Source: Styela clava (taxonomy: Eukaryota). From it: 64,000 nucleotides of DNA. Below, piece after piece: positions 52,101 through 64,000 of this stretch. A program made the translations under genes and the position numbers. The notes beneath the pieces were generated by a model. That model was not told where the DNA came from. It did no database searches and saw nothing but the letters and a program-made list of their open reading frames with translations. The DNA is taken from positions 16,306,001 to 16,370,000 of the forward strand of contig NC_135257.1 in the NCBI RefSeq assembly GCF_964204865.1, written 5' to 3'. The stretch's first letter is position 1; each line of letters opens with the position of its first letter.

Positions 52101-55100
52101 CGCGGGCCAAATCTAGCCTGTCGGGTAATTCAACCTGGCCCACCTGATGCTGGCTGCTACAACCAAACTGAAACCAAATTTTGATGTTTAAGCTAAAAAA
52201 TAGCTCAAGGAATTTGTTGAGATTGCGATCACATTTAGTTTTGGCACGCTCTGGGCTTATTGTTTTCCACTTTTGCTTTTGTCACACTGTGAATATACCG
52301 TAGTTCATAACATGTTACTTTTTACGTCACACTTACATGGCCCGCCAGTCTAGGTGGAGAAAATTTTTGGCCCCTGGTTTAAACATCTTGCCTACCTCTG
52401 CTATAAACCTTCAATATAAACGTAAATCAAGTTGATACAGTGATAAAAAAAAATCATACAAGGTTTCTTCATAATAGCTGAGAAATCCATAGTAATAGAT
52501 CTCCATGCTCCATCACCACTCTTATCCCATCCCCATAAACCTAAGCTTGTACTTCTTGAACCTGGTTCAACAGAAAGGCCTGTTACTAGGATAGGCGAAT
52601 CAACGAATTTGTATTCTTCCCATGATTGGCCTTCATCCATAGAATATCTGAATAAAAAGTGAACATTTGATTGAGTGGGAGTGTAAAGTGTTGTTGAGCA
52701 ATAGAAAAACAAGAGCCTATTCATTAAGATTTTGAATGATAAGATACTCTTGTATGAGTTGGATTGTGGTAAGTAAAAGAGAATGCATTTTGTATTCTAT
52801 GAAAATTTCATTAAGAAAACCCACAAAATATTTCACTTGGACAAACTTCAAACCTACATCTAAACAGTGCCGAAAGGCTTTTTCAGAGTAAATTTCATGT
52901 AAAATTTTTTGTGAGTGAATTCCACCATTTATCGAGAATGTGGCTAAATGGAATGACTTGAACTTGTCATCAATTAACTGCTAGTTAATTCAGTGATTCA
53001 ATCAACTCGAGACTCTTATGATACTCGTTATTGACTTGACTCACAACACAAGGTTTAGGGACTTTCACCCAACATTGGGTAAAACATATACAAAGTTTCA
53101 AATACGGGTACACATGTAAGATAAACTTCATATTTTGAATTCCTGACCTTGACTAGTAAAGTGTCTAAGAAATTAAGGTAAAATTGCTGTGTGGTTAGTT
53201 CCAAAAATTTTAGTCTACGGCGATAGTGAACAGTTAACGAAAACTCCACACTTCCCAAACGGGCACAAGGCCTGTCCACTTGTTTAGATAGCAAGGCCTG
53301 TATGCCTGTTTGTCGCCGAAGTATGACCGAGATCGTCATGACGACCAATTTAGTCACAATTTTTTGCTCCGAAGAGGAGTGTTCCTAGGAGTTTTGCTCC
53401 TGTAACATTTTTGAGGCAAATAAACATACATATATACAAGAGGTTTGTGGAACAACAGTGTTTCGCAGAACACAGTTTGAGAAACGCTGGACTAGTCAAA
53501 GTAGCTAAGTATGAATTGAATATAGTAATTTGAAAAATGTAGCATTTTCTTAATTTATGAATAAACAGAATTCTGTCATTTGGGGCAATTCTTATTCACA
53601 GTCACAGAATTATTAAAATCGATACCTACATGAAAGAGTGAATAATCAAACCACCCCAATTTTTCTTTCGAGTTATTTTACTTCCTGTTTGGGCAATAAC
53701 AAACAAAACCTGAATATCAGTATATTCAATACATCTAACCAATCATACTTTATAACGTTAGTAGGAACCGATTTTGAATAGTTGACGGCAAATAACAATC
53801 CACCAGAATCTCCAATAGCATAGAATTGAGGACCTTTCAAATGTGGAGGTTGAAGCCATGAATATCCACCGTCATTTGAAATATATACATCGGGAGTATT
53901 AAAATTCAATGCGTCACCTGTTGTAAAAACATGAATGTATAATAAAAGGTAAGAATGAAAATTATAAAGTTTAATCTAGAATCAAATTTTCATAATTTCA
54001 TAAGTACTCTCTCAAAGTTTTATAACATTCAATTCAATTCCAAATAGTAATTGTTCCATTTATCTCCTGCAGATATAATAATTGTCGGCATCACGGTTAA
54101 AGACGTCTGGATTAAATGCAATGCCTCCATCCTAAACCAAAAAGTAGTCAAATTGGGTAGGCAACGGGAACTTGAAACCCCCCTCAAGTACATTCCTCTT
54201 TATTCACTTCTAGCGAAAGTGTGGCAATACCAATATAAAAACACTAAAGTATACAGTACAAGACAAAATTGGATGACACATAGGAAGTTTGTCATGCTAC
54301 CTTGCAGCACAATTCAGATATGGCCATATGTTGGTTTTAATATTTAGACATTGTCTTATAAAGATTTAAGAAGATTACTATTCTACCTATATTTCCATGA
54401 GCAATGATGATTCCAGTAGCACTGGCAGAAGATTTAGGAAACTCAGGTATTGCTACACCTTTTGATCGACTGAACAAACTGTGAATTTGAAGAAAGCACT
54501 GAAAAACAAAACAAAAATAAACAATTTGAACACTTCGGGAAGGTTAGTGTGCCTTTGGCATGAAGTAATCCAAGTTGACGATTATTAACCCAAAGTCTAC
54601 AAAAAATTCTGGTCTGTGATTAAAACTGTCCGAGATTAGAACTAAAGAAATATTCTGAAAAAAAAAGGTTTCAAAAATAGAACCAAAAAAAATCTTGAAC
54701 AAGAAAAATTTTCTCAGAAAGAGATTATGTTTTTCTGATTTATTTTGATAATACTATCTTGTTCAAGCATCCTTGTGGCAACTGACAGATATAGATCCGA
54801 AGTAGAAAGTAAACAAGGAGAAAGGACTTGCAGTTTAGTACACAATACCTGTATTAGCTGTAAACAATGAAATTTTCATCTTACCACTTTCTCAGTAGGA
54901 GGACAAACGCTGTTTTTTGGCGAATCAATATTTTGCCATGTTCCTCCTTTATTGTAAGTAATCATTGAATGAATAGTTGAGCCTTGATGTTCGAGTTGTG
55001 ATGTTATGTAAACACCTTCGAGACTAGAAACCTATAATATATAAAAGTGAATAGGAGATTACAACAACATGTCATACACAATTGCCAGCCTTCTTCTCAA

Positions 55101-58100
55101 TTATTTGCCATTGTTACTGTGATCACAAACATACAGCGTCTTGTCATTTTGCTAATTACTGTTTAATGATTTCAGTGGCTTTTGGCACTTTAGTAGTTGC
55201 CCATAACTTTGCTCAGAGATCGATCTTCTATATTTGTGAGTGAGTGTGACCTAGCTCTCAGCAAATTTTCTCATAAAAATATTATTTATGGGAATCTGAA
55301 TCTCACAATTATAATTATAAAAGATGTTAAGATTTGCCACATTGAAGAATGGTCAAACGACCAGAGTAATCTAGTATTCTGAAAAAATATGGATACACTC
55401 ATAACTGCATCTGTAACTAATATATCAGCCAGAGATCCAGGCTGCATAATAGCATTTAACACATTGCCCACGTTCCAATGAATTAAATGATAAAAAACAT
55501 GAAATTTTAGTAAGAAACAAATTTTCATAACAGAAAGAAATGGAAATGAAAAATCATTCATTTATCAAAGATAACAAACAAACCCTATATAAAAGCTCAT
55601 ACGAATCATTCAATATTATGAATTCTAAGAAATTCAACAAATTGAGTTATGGACAATAAAATAATTCAATATCATACCTTATAGAAATCAGTCACGCTTC
55701 CTAAACTTGGATACAAATGATGGTCGAGTGATTTTGAATAAATAATACCTCGTTCATCTGAAGTATAAATACTTCCATCACCTGAACCTAAAGAATAATA
55801 GTAGTTCAGAAAATATTATTCAACTAAATTGCGGTAATTGAATCCTGAATCAACTAAGGCTCGATTTATCAATGACCCATGTAAAGCAAAACAATCCTGA
55901 CATTCTGCAGCTGTGAAAATTGCTGAGCCCAAACTTTTTCAATATATTCCTCTCATTGCCTATTTCCTTCCTTACTATGCATTAAAGGTGTTTTCGTAAT
56001 TTATTCAATCTAAAGCAGTAGTTCACAAACAGCAGGGCGCACGCGCATCCCACAATTTTTTGAAGGCACATAAAGCTAGTTATTCTTAGAGGTGGGGCAA
56101 GAGACTTGATTCTAAATTCTAAAAAGAGGGTACTGCTTTAAAATTTTGAGATTCCCTGATCCGAAGGGGTCCTTGAATAATGATACACAAGCACTCTGGC
56201 TTTTTACAGAGTGAAAAATGTGTTCATAAATATGTATTACAATAATACTGAATAAATAAACAATATTACTAAAATTACACCAAATACGACAGGGGCGCAG
56301 CCAGGGGGGAGGTTACATGGGTCGTAACCCCCCCTTTGGAATCTTTTTTTTTTTTAATAGTGTTACGTTCACTTGCAATAATTTTATTCTTCGCGTTATC
56401 ACTTTCGCCCAGCGTCCTTATTTATTATTTATGTTTACGATTCGTTATCGCTGTTACGCGGCAGTGGATCTAGTTGCCAGCGGGGGGTCACGGAAGTGAC
56501 AATCTACACTAAACATTTTTAAATACAATTGTACTACCTTTCACTTGACACAAATAGCAACGGACGTATCACACTATTGCCGTCAAAACTATTCCACAAG
56601 CGCGCTCTCGCCTCGCCACATTCAACGCATCCATACTTTTAATCACATACGTTATCGTTGGTTATCGGCTTATCGCTAATTACGAATTTTAGTTATGTAG
56701 TGCATCTTTAACAAGCGATGGCACCAGGTTCATAGGCAAATAACAGACAAAATGAATTATTGGAAATGTATGGTTCATTAACAAAGGATTGCCAAATGTG
56801 GCAGCATCGAAAAAAGGTGTCATAAAATAATATTCAATCTTCGAAAACAAAGCATTGCAAAATAATGTTCAGTCTTCGAGTAAAAAGTATCGTAATATAA
56901 TGTTCAATCTTAGGGAAATTTTTTTTTAAAGAATAATGTTCAATCTTCGAGATTTTTGGGTAGCAAACTCGTCCAAGACTCGTTTGGAATCGTCTGTCTG
57001 CGAAAAGCAGTTACATGCGTTGTCTTCCAGATCTTTTCAATAAACTGGTAACAATATGTTATTAAATTATAATTAAATTATTATAGTTAAATTATCGCTG
57101 AAAGTGAAGAAGCGCTATGCGCAGAATGCAGCTATCACGGGCGCGGGATTTCAAATTCGCGACGATTTCACTTTCAGTAATATAGGTCTCGATGCATTGC
57201 AATAAAAATTAGAATTTATTAACAGTTAATTGCAACAAGCAAGAGTTTTACATTGACAGACGTTCCCAATCAGTACGATACATGAGCTTGTTTTTAAATG
57301 ATTGTAATCGTTTTATGAAGTTATAAATACGGGAACATCAAATATATTTATTTTGGAAATGGATTGATATTTCGTGACGGACTCAAAAATAGTTTATGAA
57401 CCATTGGCATTCGGCAAATATCATTAATTTATGCTATTTCTTAATGTTTCATGATTGCTAATATTTCATTCTATTCTTATTTTACATTTTTTGCGGTATT
57501 TCAATTAAAATCATGACGATGGCATCAGTGTTCACTATTAGCGCACTTTTTTGCGAAAATTGCGAAGCACTTTCGCAACTTTTTTTAGGGACTGCGAAAT
57601 AGCACTTTTTTCCGATTTTGAAGAAAAATAGCACTTTTTTCCGATTTTGAATGGAATAAAAATTTTAAAGTTAACAAATATTTTCGAGTATTAAGTTGAC
57701 AAATAAATAACATACTAGTACTTTTGTAACTCAAATCTGCATATCATAACGATATTTACGGGAATTCTAACCTATGAGATGCAGACATAGGAGATAAAGC
57801 TTTTGCATTAACGGCAAAATTCTTGTTTATAATATGATTATTATACAAGCACACCGATTCCGCTTCTCCCGCAAAAAACGCTCGAAACCAGATGTTGGAA
57901 TAATAGGCAGTGCAGTGCGTTTCTTTGAATGGAATGGTCATGTGACTATCAATGATATCGATGAATTCAAAATGACTATAAAAGTGTTATGTGTTATAGT
58001 CACTTCGGATGAATTGTGACCAAACTGCACGATTTTCAAATCAGACGAAACTTTTAGCAGCATGTCACAGATTTGCAAAATCACCAAATTCACAAAATAC

Positions 58101-61100
58101 CATTAAGTGCCATTTTATTGTAATCACAATGTTGAAAGGAGTGGCATTTTCCGTAATTTTGCAATATTTACACAACTATTTCTCATTGATATGCGAGGAC
58201 GGTGGGCAAAATTCAATATTTTTTTGAATCGAATATTTTTAAGGAGTACCGAATAAACGTGGTGAAAACATTAAAAAATCGACAACAAAGCCTTTTTACT
58301 GGTTAATTCCGTTGTAATCGCTAATTGTTCTTGTCACCGATCGTTTTGGCGGCGATATCCAGGTTTTGGGTAATCTATATTCCCGCCCTCTCTTTTTTAC
58401 AAATATGAATTCTTGTGGGTCGGCGGACATCGAAGTTTTATATTTCGGGTTTACCCGTTCGTTCACATCGGCAACAGCTGTTGAAGACATTGAGGACTCA
58501 AATTAACATTTGGGTTGGCTTTAATATTACCTATCAAGATTTGTAAATTTACCGTCCCAATTTTATGGGAATGGTAATATTATTGTCCATACCGTGATGC
58601 AGATATTTATTAAGACGATAATTAACTTTCTCATGTATTTCTATGGTGATAAACTTCGCAAATCTGAAATTGTGACAATCCTGAATGTTGATTTAAAATA
58701 GTGATTGAATAATTCGGCAATAAAGGCATTTCTGCGTGGTCATAAGACGAGATGACGTTAATGAACAGCACTTCTTTTACAGGATATTTTACTTATGCGA
58801 CTTAATGCTAAAAAGATTGGGTTCGAGTGCTTTTTTTTCGAGTGCTCGAATGCCTAATAGAGGTCAGGCGCTAATTGTAACTAATTCCCTCAAGTTCCAA
58901 CGTGTTTTCAACAAAACAATACCCCGGCGATAATTATAGCTAAAATGTTACCGAGCAATTCACAATTTTATTTATGGAATTTGCAAATTCACCAGTTTCT
59001 TGACGATTTTGATATTGTCACGCCCTAATTATTAGTGCAAAAAATACTCCCCTCCTTCGGCGGCGGTTTGAGGGGTTCTTTGTTCCATTCTTCAGAAAGT
59101 TCTGACAGGGGGGATATAGAATACTGAATCCGGAGGGTTGAATCCCTGTCCACTTACTGGTGATTTTCCGTTTTGAAATGCGTGAAACATTCTCTATTTT
59201 AAATTAAATGACGTTTCGCGGGATAGAGTTCTCCCCGAAAATGATGTGTTCCAGACGTTAGTTAGACGATAGATAAAACATTAGATTAATAATTTTCGTG
59301 ACGCCCCGTTTTCGAAAATACAAAGTTATATCGCAAAAAATGCGTCATGATACATTTGGAATGAAACATTATTTACGGTTAATTCAGATCATATTTTACT
59401 CTTCATGACACCCGGTATCCGAAAATACAGTTGTATCTCGAAAAATGTGTTTTGTTACATTTAAAATAAAACCTTTTTGCGATTAATTTAGATCAAATTT
59501 TACCTTTCACGGCAACCCGTTTCCGAAAATACAAAGTTATATCACAAAAAAATGCGTTTTGTTACTTTTATTTTGCATTCCCAATAAAATACATATTTTC
59601 CCTAATTAAGGTCGTCGATGAATCTGTTCCTGTCGTTCAAGCTCGACACACGTTTGGACGAGTGTGGGGCGGTTTTTCGGTCGACGATAAATTAAAAAGT
59701 TGCCACACGGTATTTATATAACGATAATAACTGAAAATTAAGATTTTATAATAGAAGTGAATTTGTCTCAAGGTGGTATTTTACGATTCCTGCCCACAGA
59801 AAATAAACACGCTGACAGGCTTGGTTATAATTGATATTCGTTTAATTTATTTTACACTATTAATAAATGCGCCACACCAATTGCGACCATATAAATTGCA
59901 GTCGCATCGGTATGGACTGTATGTTTTTGGCGCTCTCACATTAATAATAATTTTCAACAAAACAATACCCCGACGGTCCTTAAAGCTGAATTCGTTACCG
60001 AATAATTCACAATCCTATTTACGGAATTTGCAATTTCAAGATCTCACTTGACGATTTTGATGATGTCATGCCCTAATTATTACTGCTTAAATGCCTCAAA
60101 ATACAACAAATGTAATCATTTTCGACGATAACAGGCGCAACAATTCGTAAACGAGCCGTTATAACGAAACTCGCGATTGATTTTACCTCTCTCTTGTTTA
60201 CAATTTTAACATCCCGCCGGCCATGTATGGTCGAATAAAATGTTCACATATTCGAAACATGACTTGGCCAAGGATGGAAGGGATCACTAAAGAGCTAATA
60301 GAAAGTACATACGCGAGGGTATGATATTAATATCGAGAATATTTGTGAGCATATCACAGGACGGAAATATTTTGCACCCGGCTGTTTGTTGGCAGAACAA
60401 CGATACGCTGAAGTTAATTGATCAAATACAGGGAAGTATTTATTTATCATACCACTTGCGAACATCGAGGTTTTGGCGGAATTGTACGATCATGTTGTCT
60501 TTCTTAAATAATAACTTTTTCAATAAATGTTCATTTTTCTTTTGCGTCTTTATTATATGTCGGGTTTTCATTTATTTTAAATTCGAAATTGTCCGAAATA
60601 CTCCAACAGGTGTATAAGTACAATAATAATAGTACTTACCAGGGAAGTTTAATACACACGATGTGTTAAGGGCGTCGTAACTCCCGTTTATTAATTATAA
60701 ATTTTTTTACATTCTGCTTAAAAAACAACGCACGTAACTCTCGCGACCAAATCTTTTTGTTTTGTATGACATCGTCTTGGCGACGAATTTATTGCCGACT
60801 GAATTTTAATTGTGTTTTAGGATAAGTTATTTTCTGTTTGTTGGTTTCTAAACTTCACAAACTTGGGTAGCAATTACTATTAAAGTGAGATTTGTGCATA
60901 TAAACGATTGAATATCGCGACTGGATGTCCGATATCTGAGAATGCGTAATTCTCTTTCAACATTAATTTTCAGGATACCAGCGGTCATGTGGTCGAATAA
61001 AAATTATTTATCAAATGGATTGGTATTTCGAGACACTCTCAAAATTATTTGGGATCCACTATCATATCATTCGTTTATTTTTTATATTCATGTTTTTCTC

Positions 61101-63065
61101 AAGAATCACCCTCGTTATATTTAGTGTACCTTAGCAAAAAAAAACTCTTTGGTGTCATCGTTCCTATTAGTGTAATTGAAATATATGGGAACCTCGCAAG
61201 TGGCGTTGTGATGCGAATATTTGATACTAGGTCAGCAGCATTACAAAGAGTGCTATTTATGAATGCTGAAAGTACATGACATTACTGAACATTTTGCCAA
61301 TATATGATGTTTTCTGCCCGATTTAAACTAACTCGCACGCAAACCAAGGCATGTCGACATTTAAAAATTACTTGTCTTTGGGTAAGCTCTGAAATAGTAT
61401 AATATAAATGTAAATGAGAAATTAGGTCACGCTAGTTCACGAACCGGAGGATTTTCAAAGTGATCTTGTGTAATATTTCGGAGGAAAAAGTTTGAAAGGA
61501 AAGTAGGTCAACCTATCTCCTAAAACAGGGGAGTATCCTGCGTAATATTTCGGAGAGAACGTAGGTTAACCTATCTTTTACAACAGCGGGTGGCGACTTT
61601 CAAAGTGGATCAAAATCACAAATTAATAATTATCAGATTAGGTTTAGGGATAAATTGAAAAGTTGAATTTCCAGCGCATCCAACCCTAATTAGTTGATTA
61701 TTTTGCACGGGATTTGTACAAACGATCCACCCTGTAACTAATATGGTTTCCAGCCTGCCTCGTGTCTGTTAGATGGAAGGAGTAACAAATGTGAAAGTCT
61801 TTGCTGTTTACGCGAGTAAGCAACTGACACCGTGATACATTGCATGGAAGTTTTGTCCGCGGCAGGTGTTAGCAGATGTCATTTCGTTGCCGATGAATTC
61901 GCTTGTTTTAATTAAACATGAATTCGCTTAAAGGGAACTCGTTAACGAAAAGGCTTCTCTGTAACTCATAATATTAACCGGAGGAGCGCTTTTTCGAGTA
62001 TCTATGCCGTTTTAAATGGGTTATATGAAAGGCTAGGGCACCTAACTTGTTAAAATCGGCAAAAGCACTTTCGCACTTTTTTTTTCGACTGCGAAGCACT
62101 TTCGCACTCATAATTTGCTTAGAGTTAACACTGGATGGCATTTTATTTAACTGTTGACAATGGGGTAATAATCGGCGATTACTAAAAGGTTGAAATGGGA
62201 CATGCCAAAACAAAATAAACGAATTGACGCCTGTCAAAGGGGGCAGGGTCTGGCGACAAATAGCCACATGTGTCGGTGTTTCTCTATCATCGGCATTTTC
62301 GGCATCACTTTGAAACTCTAAAACGCAAGGACACCCCGCGGAGTGAAGACTTTCTTTCGCGTAGGGAAATATTTGAATTACGATTGCTGAATAAGCGAAA
62401 AAAACAAATGCTTATTTCTTGCTTGAAACAACGATAAACCAATTTAACCCTGTTGCCAAAAGTAATAGCATGCATTATTAACAAACTGGTAATAATATGT
62501 TGATAAATCGCCGCTAAAAGTAGAGAAGCGTTATGTGCAAATATCACAGGAATTTGAATTTGCGACGAATTCACTTTCAGTAATATAGTTAACGGCGCAT
62601 TGAAATGAAAAGTTGATTGATTTGTTTTGACCAAAGAGAATGGTCGGCGATTGCTGAAAGTAGGACATGCAAAGAAAGGCTAATGAGACACAGCGACGCA
62701 CATGTTGTTTTGCCATCGTCGGAACATCTTTTTAAAGACCTATAAACGCGTTTTTATTTCACCGTAACCCCCCCCCCCCCCCCCTTGAAAAAATCCTGGC
62801 TGCGCCCCTGAAATACGAGGCAATATTTACCCACAAAAACAGTAAAATATCCCCATCTCCCTTCTAACTTGCTAACCACCAACGATTTTAAATGACTTTG
62901 GAAAATTCGCTATTTACCTCCATCTGCATCCACATGCACAAATACCATATCTTCAGACATGTCAAGTAAAGAATAAAACTGTTGTTTGTTTATTAAAGGG
63001 ATCTGAGCCGCATCCCACGTAACACCTTTATCTTTTGACACATGCATCACTCTACTTCCATTGTG
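49121..63065 (-). CDS. SORT1: Sortilin (Vps10p-domain receptor), 5'-partial; exons 63065-62918, 55787-55678, 55031-54885, 54498-54387, 53917-53749, 52647-52460, 51623-51434, 51171-50976, 50310-50141, 49726-49564, 49138-49121
   Basis: Asp-box repeats ([38 protein letters not shown]); 10CC region (CLLG..., [18 protein letters not shown]); a TM segment; cytosolic YVPL; C-terminal YHDDSDEDMLIS matching the sortilin acidic-dileucine tail. Confidence 0.93.
50541..50834. mobile_element. Degenerate hAT-type MITE in a sortilin intron
   Basis: Right end AAAAAGGTTGAGAACCACTG with GGGCCAC subterminal motifs; left end decayed. Confidence 0.45.
52079..52400 (+). mobile_element. hAT-type MITE in a sortilin intron
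   Basis: Perfect 8-bp TSD CTATAAAC (52071-52078, 52401-52408); homologous to 14788-15098. Confidence 0.8.
56826..56951 (+). repeat. Four ~35-bp tandem units (ATAATGTTCAATCTTCGA core)
   Basis: The core recurs four times inside the outer hAT element. Confidence 0.7.
57526..62133. mobile_element. 4608-bp hAT-type element nested within the 6.5-kb element
   Basis: Ends CAGTGTTCACT / AGTTAACACTG match at 10/11. Perfect 8-bp TSD GATGGCAT (57518-57525, 62134-62141). Subterminal GCGAAGCACTTTCGCA motifs at both ends. Confidence 0.9.
59295..59565 (+). repeat. ~2.5 tandem copies of a ~106-bp unit, between two ~130-bp direct repeats (58905-59034 and 59951-60082)
   Basis: CCG...CGAAAATACA..GTT recurs at ~59300, 59407 and 59512. 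TTTTCAACAAAACAATACCCCG...GCCCTAATTATTA occurs twice. Confidence 0.8.
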
Positions 63066-64000
63066 CTGTGGAGAATGATATGATAAGTTGTTTTTACGGT
63101 ACTCTCGTAGTGTGTGTACTAGGTTAAGGTCAGGTCATAATGTTATTCCGATTTTCAGTATTGCTTATTGCTTCCAGTTACAGTAAGAGTACGAATTACC
63201 GTAATCAAGTTGATTTAATGAAAAAATTAGCTTGGAATGAATTCAAGAATTTTAAATCGCTTTGCTGCATATTTATCTGCTACGTTTCATATATGTATCA
63301 TAGCTATAAACCAGACATTGGTACTCAAATATACGAACATTAATATTAAACGACTATGCAATGTCACAAAATATTCAATCTAATGATATTGAGGTGATTG
63401 CACCAAATACTGTATCAAGTGTGTGCATACCATGATGACAAATGACATATGATTTCATGAAATAAAAAAAGCAAAACTTGGGGTGAAATATTGGGCTTCA
63501 AAATTATAAAAAAAAATTGAAAAAATTCATAGTGGCAAAAAATGAAATAGATGGTCCAATATATACAGAGAAAATTCTACAATAGCACGACAACAAAAAA
63601 AACGTAGTGAAACATTCAATAAACCCCTTAGTATACAAAAGAAAAATTTTTAATTGAGGAATAATTCTTCAGAAGCGCGTGTACCAATATGAAGATAAAT
63701 AATTTTGTTCGCCTACTTTACATCAAGTTGTGTAAAAGGACTGAAACCTATGGGCAGGGGGGATGTTCACTTGGCTAACACAAACAGTCCCCAAACTCCC
63801 CCCTGAACCCCCACGGGTCATAATAACTGCACAGGGTGTCCGCAAGGATATGAATTAATGATATGAATAAATAAAGTACATTTGTTTAATTTTCTTTTGA
63901 ATAAATTAAAAGAACGGTGTATCTTAGAGCAAGATTCACAAAACTGGGGTTCGAGAACCCCCGCGGGTCTGTTATAACCATAATAGAACTAAAATAAGGA

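Larger units (their letters stand above)
56290..62810. mobile_element. 6521-bp hAT-type DNA transposon (no intact transposase ORF) in a sortilin intron
   Basis: Perfect 16-bp TIR CAGGGGCGCAGCCAGG / CCTGGCTGCGCCCCTG, perfect 8-bp TSD AAATACGA (56282-56289, 62811-62818), and subterminal CGTAACCCCCC motifs. Confidence 0.93.

Noticed and set aside
56826-59565. Short repeat arrays as a CRISPR-like locus
   Set aside because: The context is eukaryotic, the units are degenerate tandem copies without unique spacers of constant length, and there are no cas genes.

Overview
AT-rich, intron-rich eukaryotic genomic DNA, most likely an invertebrate chordate such as an ascidian. That assignment is an inference from the I-domain integrin alpha, the three-finger/sushi/lectin mosaic protein and the compact AT-rich introns. 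Exons were traced by hand using splice sites and reading phase. Genes: (1) two tandem two-exon phospholipid scramblase paralogs (+, 2556-4355 and 6630-7867); (2) an I-domain integrin alpha (-, 24190-9728, 10 clean exons) that stops just after the I-domain, followed by decayed exon-like pieces in both orientations; (3) head-to-head with it, a 37-exon, ~1858-aa secreted mosaic protein (+, 27846-46029) made of a signal peptide, a Ly6/uPAR-like three-finger domain, 23 sushi/CCP modules, a TSP1 domain and a QPD/WND C-type lectin; (4) the 3' 11 exons of sortilin (-, 49121-63065), with one intron carrying a 6.5-kb hAT-type element that contains a second, nested 4.6-kb hAT-type element. Many MITEs and one tRNA-derived SINE are also present. 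The strongest candidate for an undescribed system is the mosaic protein. It has six long inter-module linkers that all conserve F-(G/E)-R-S, suggesting a protease-processed modular polyprotein. No database searches were possible, so all homology calls come from recognised motifs.
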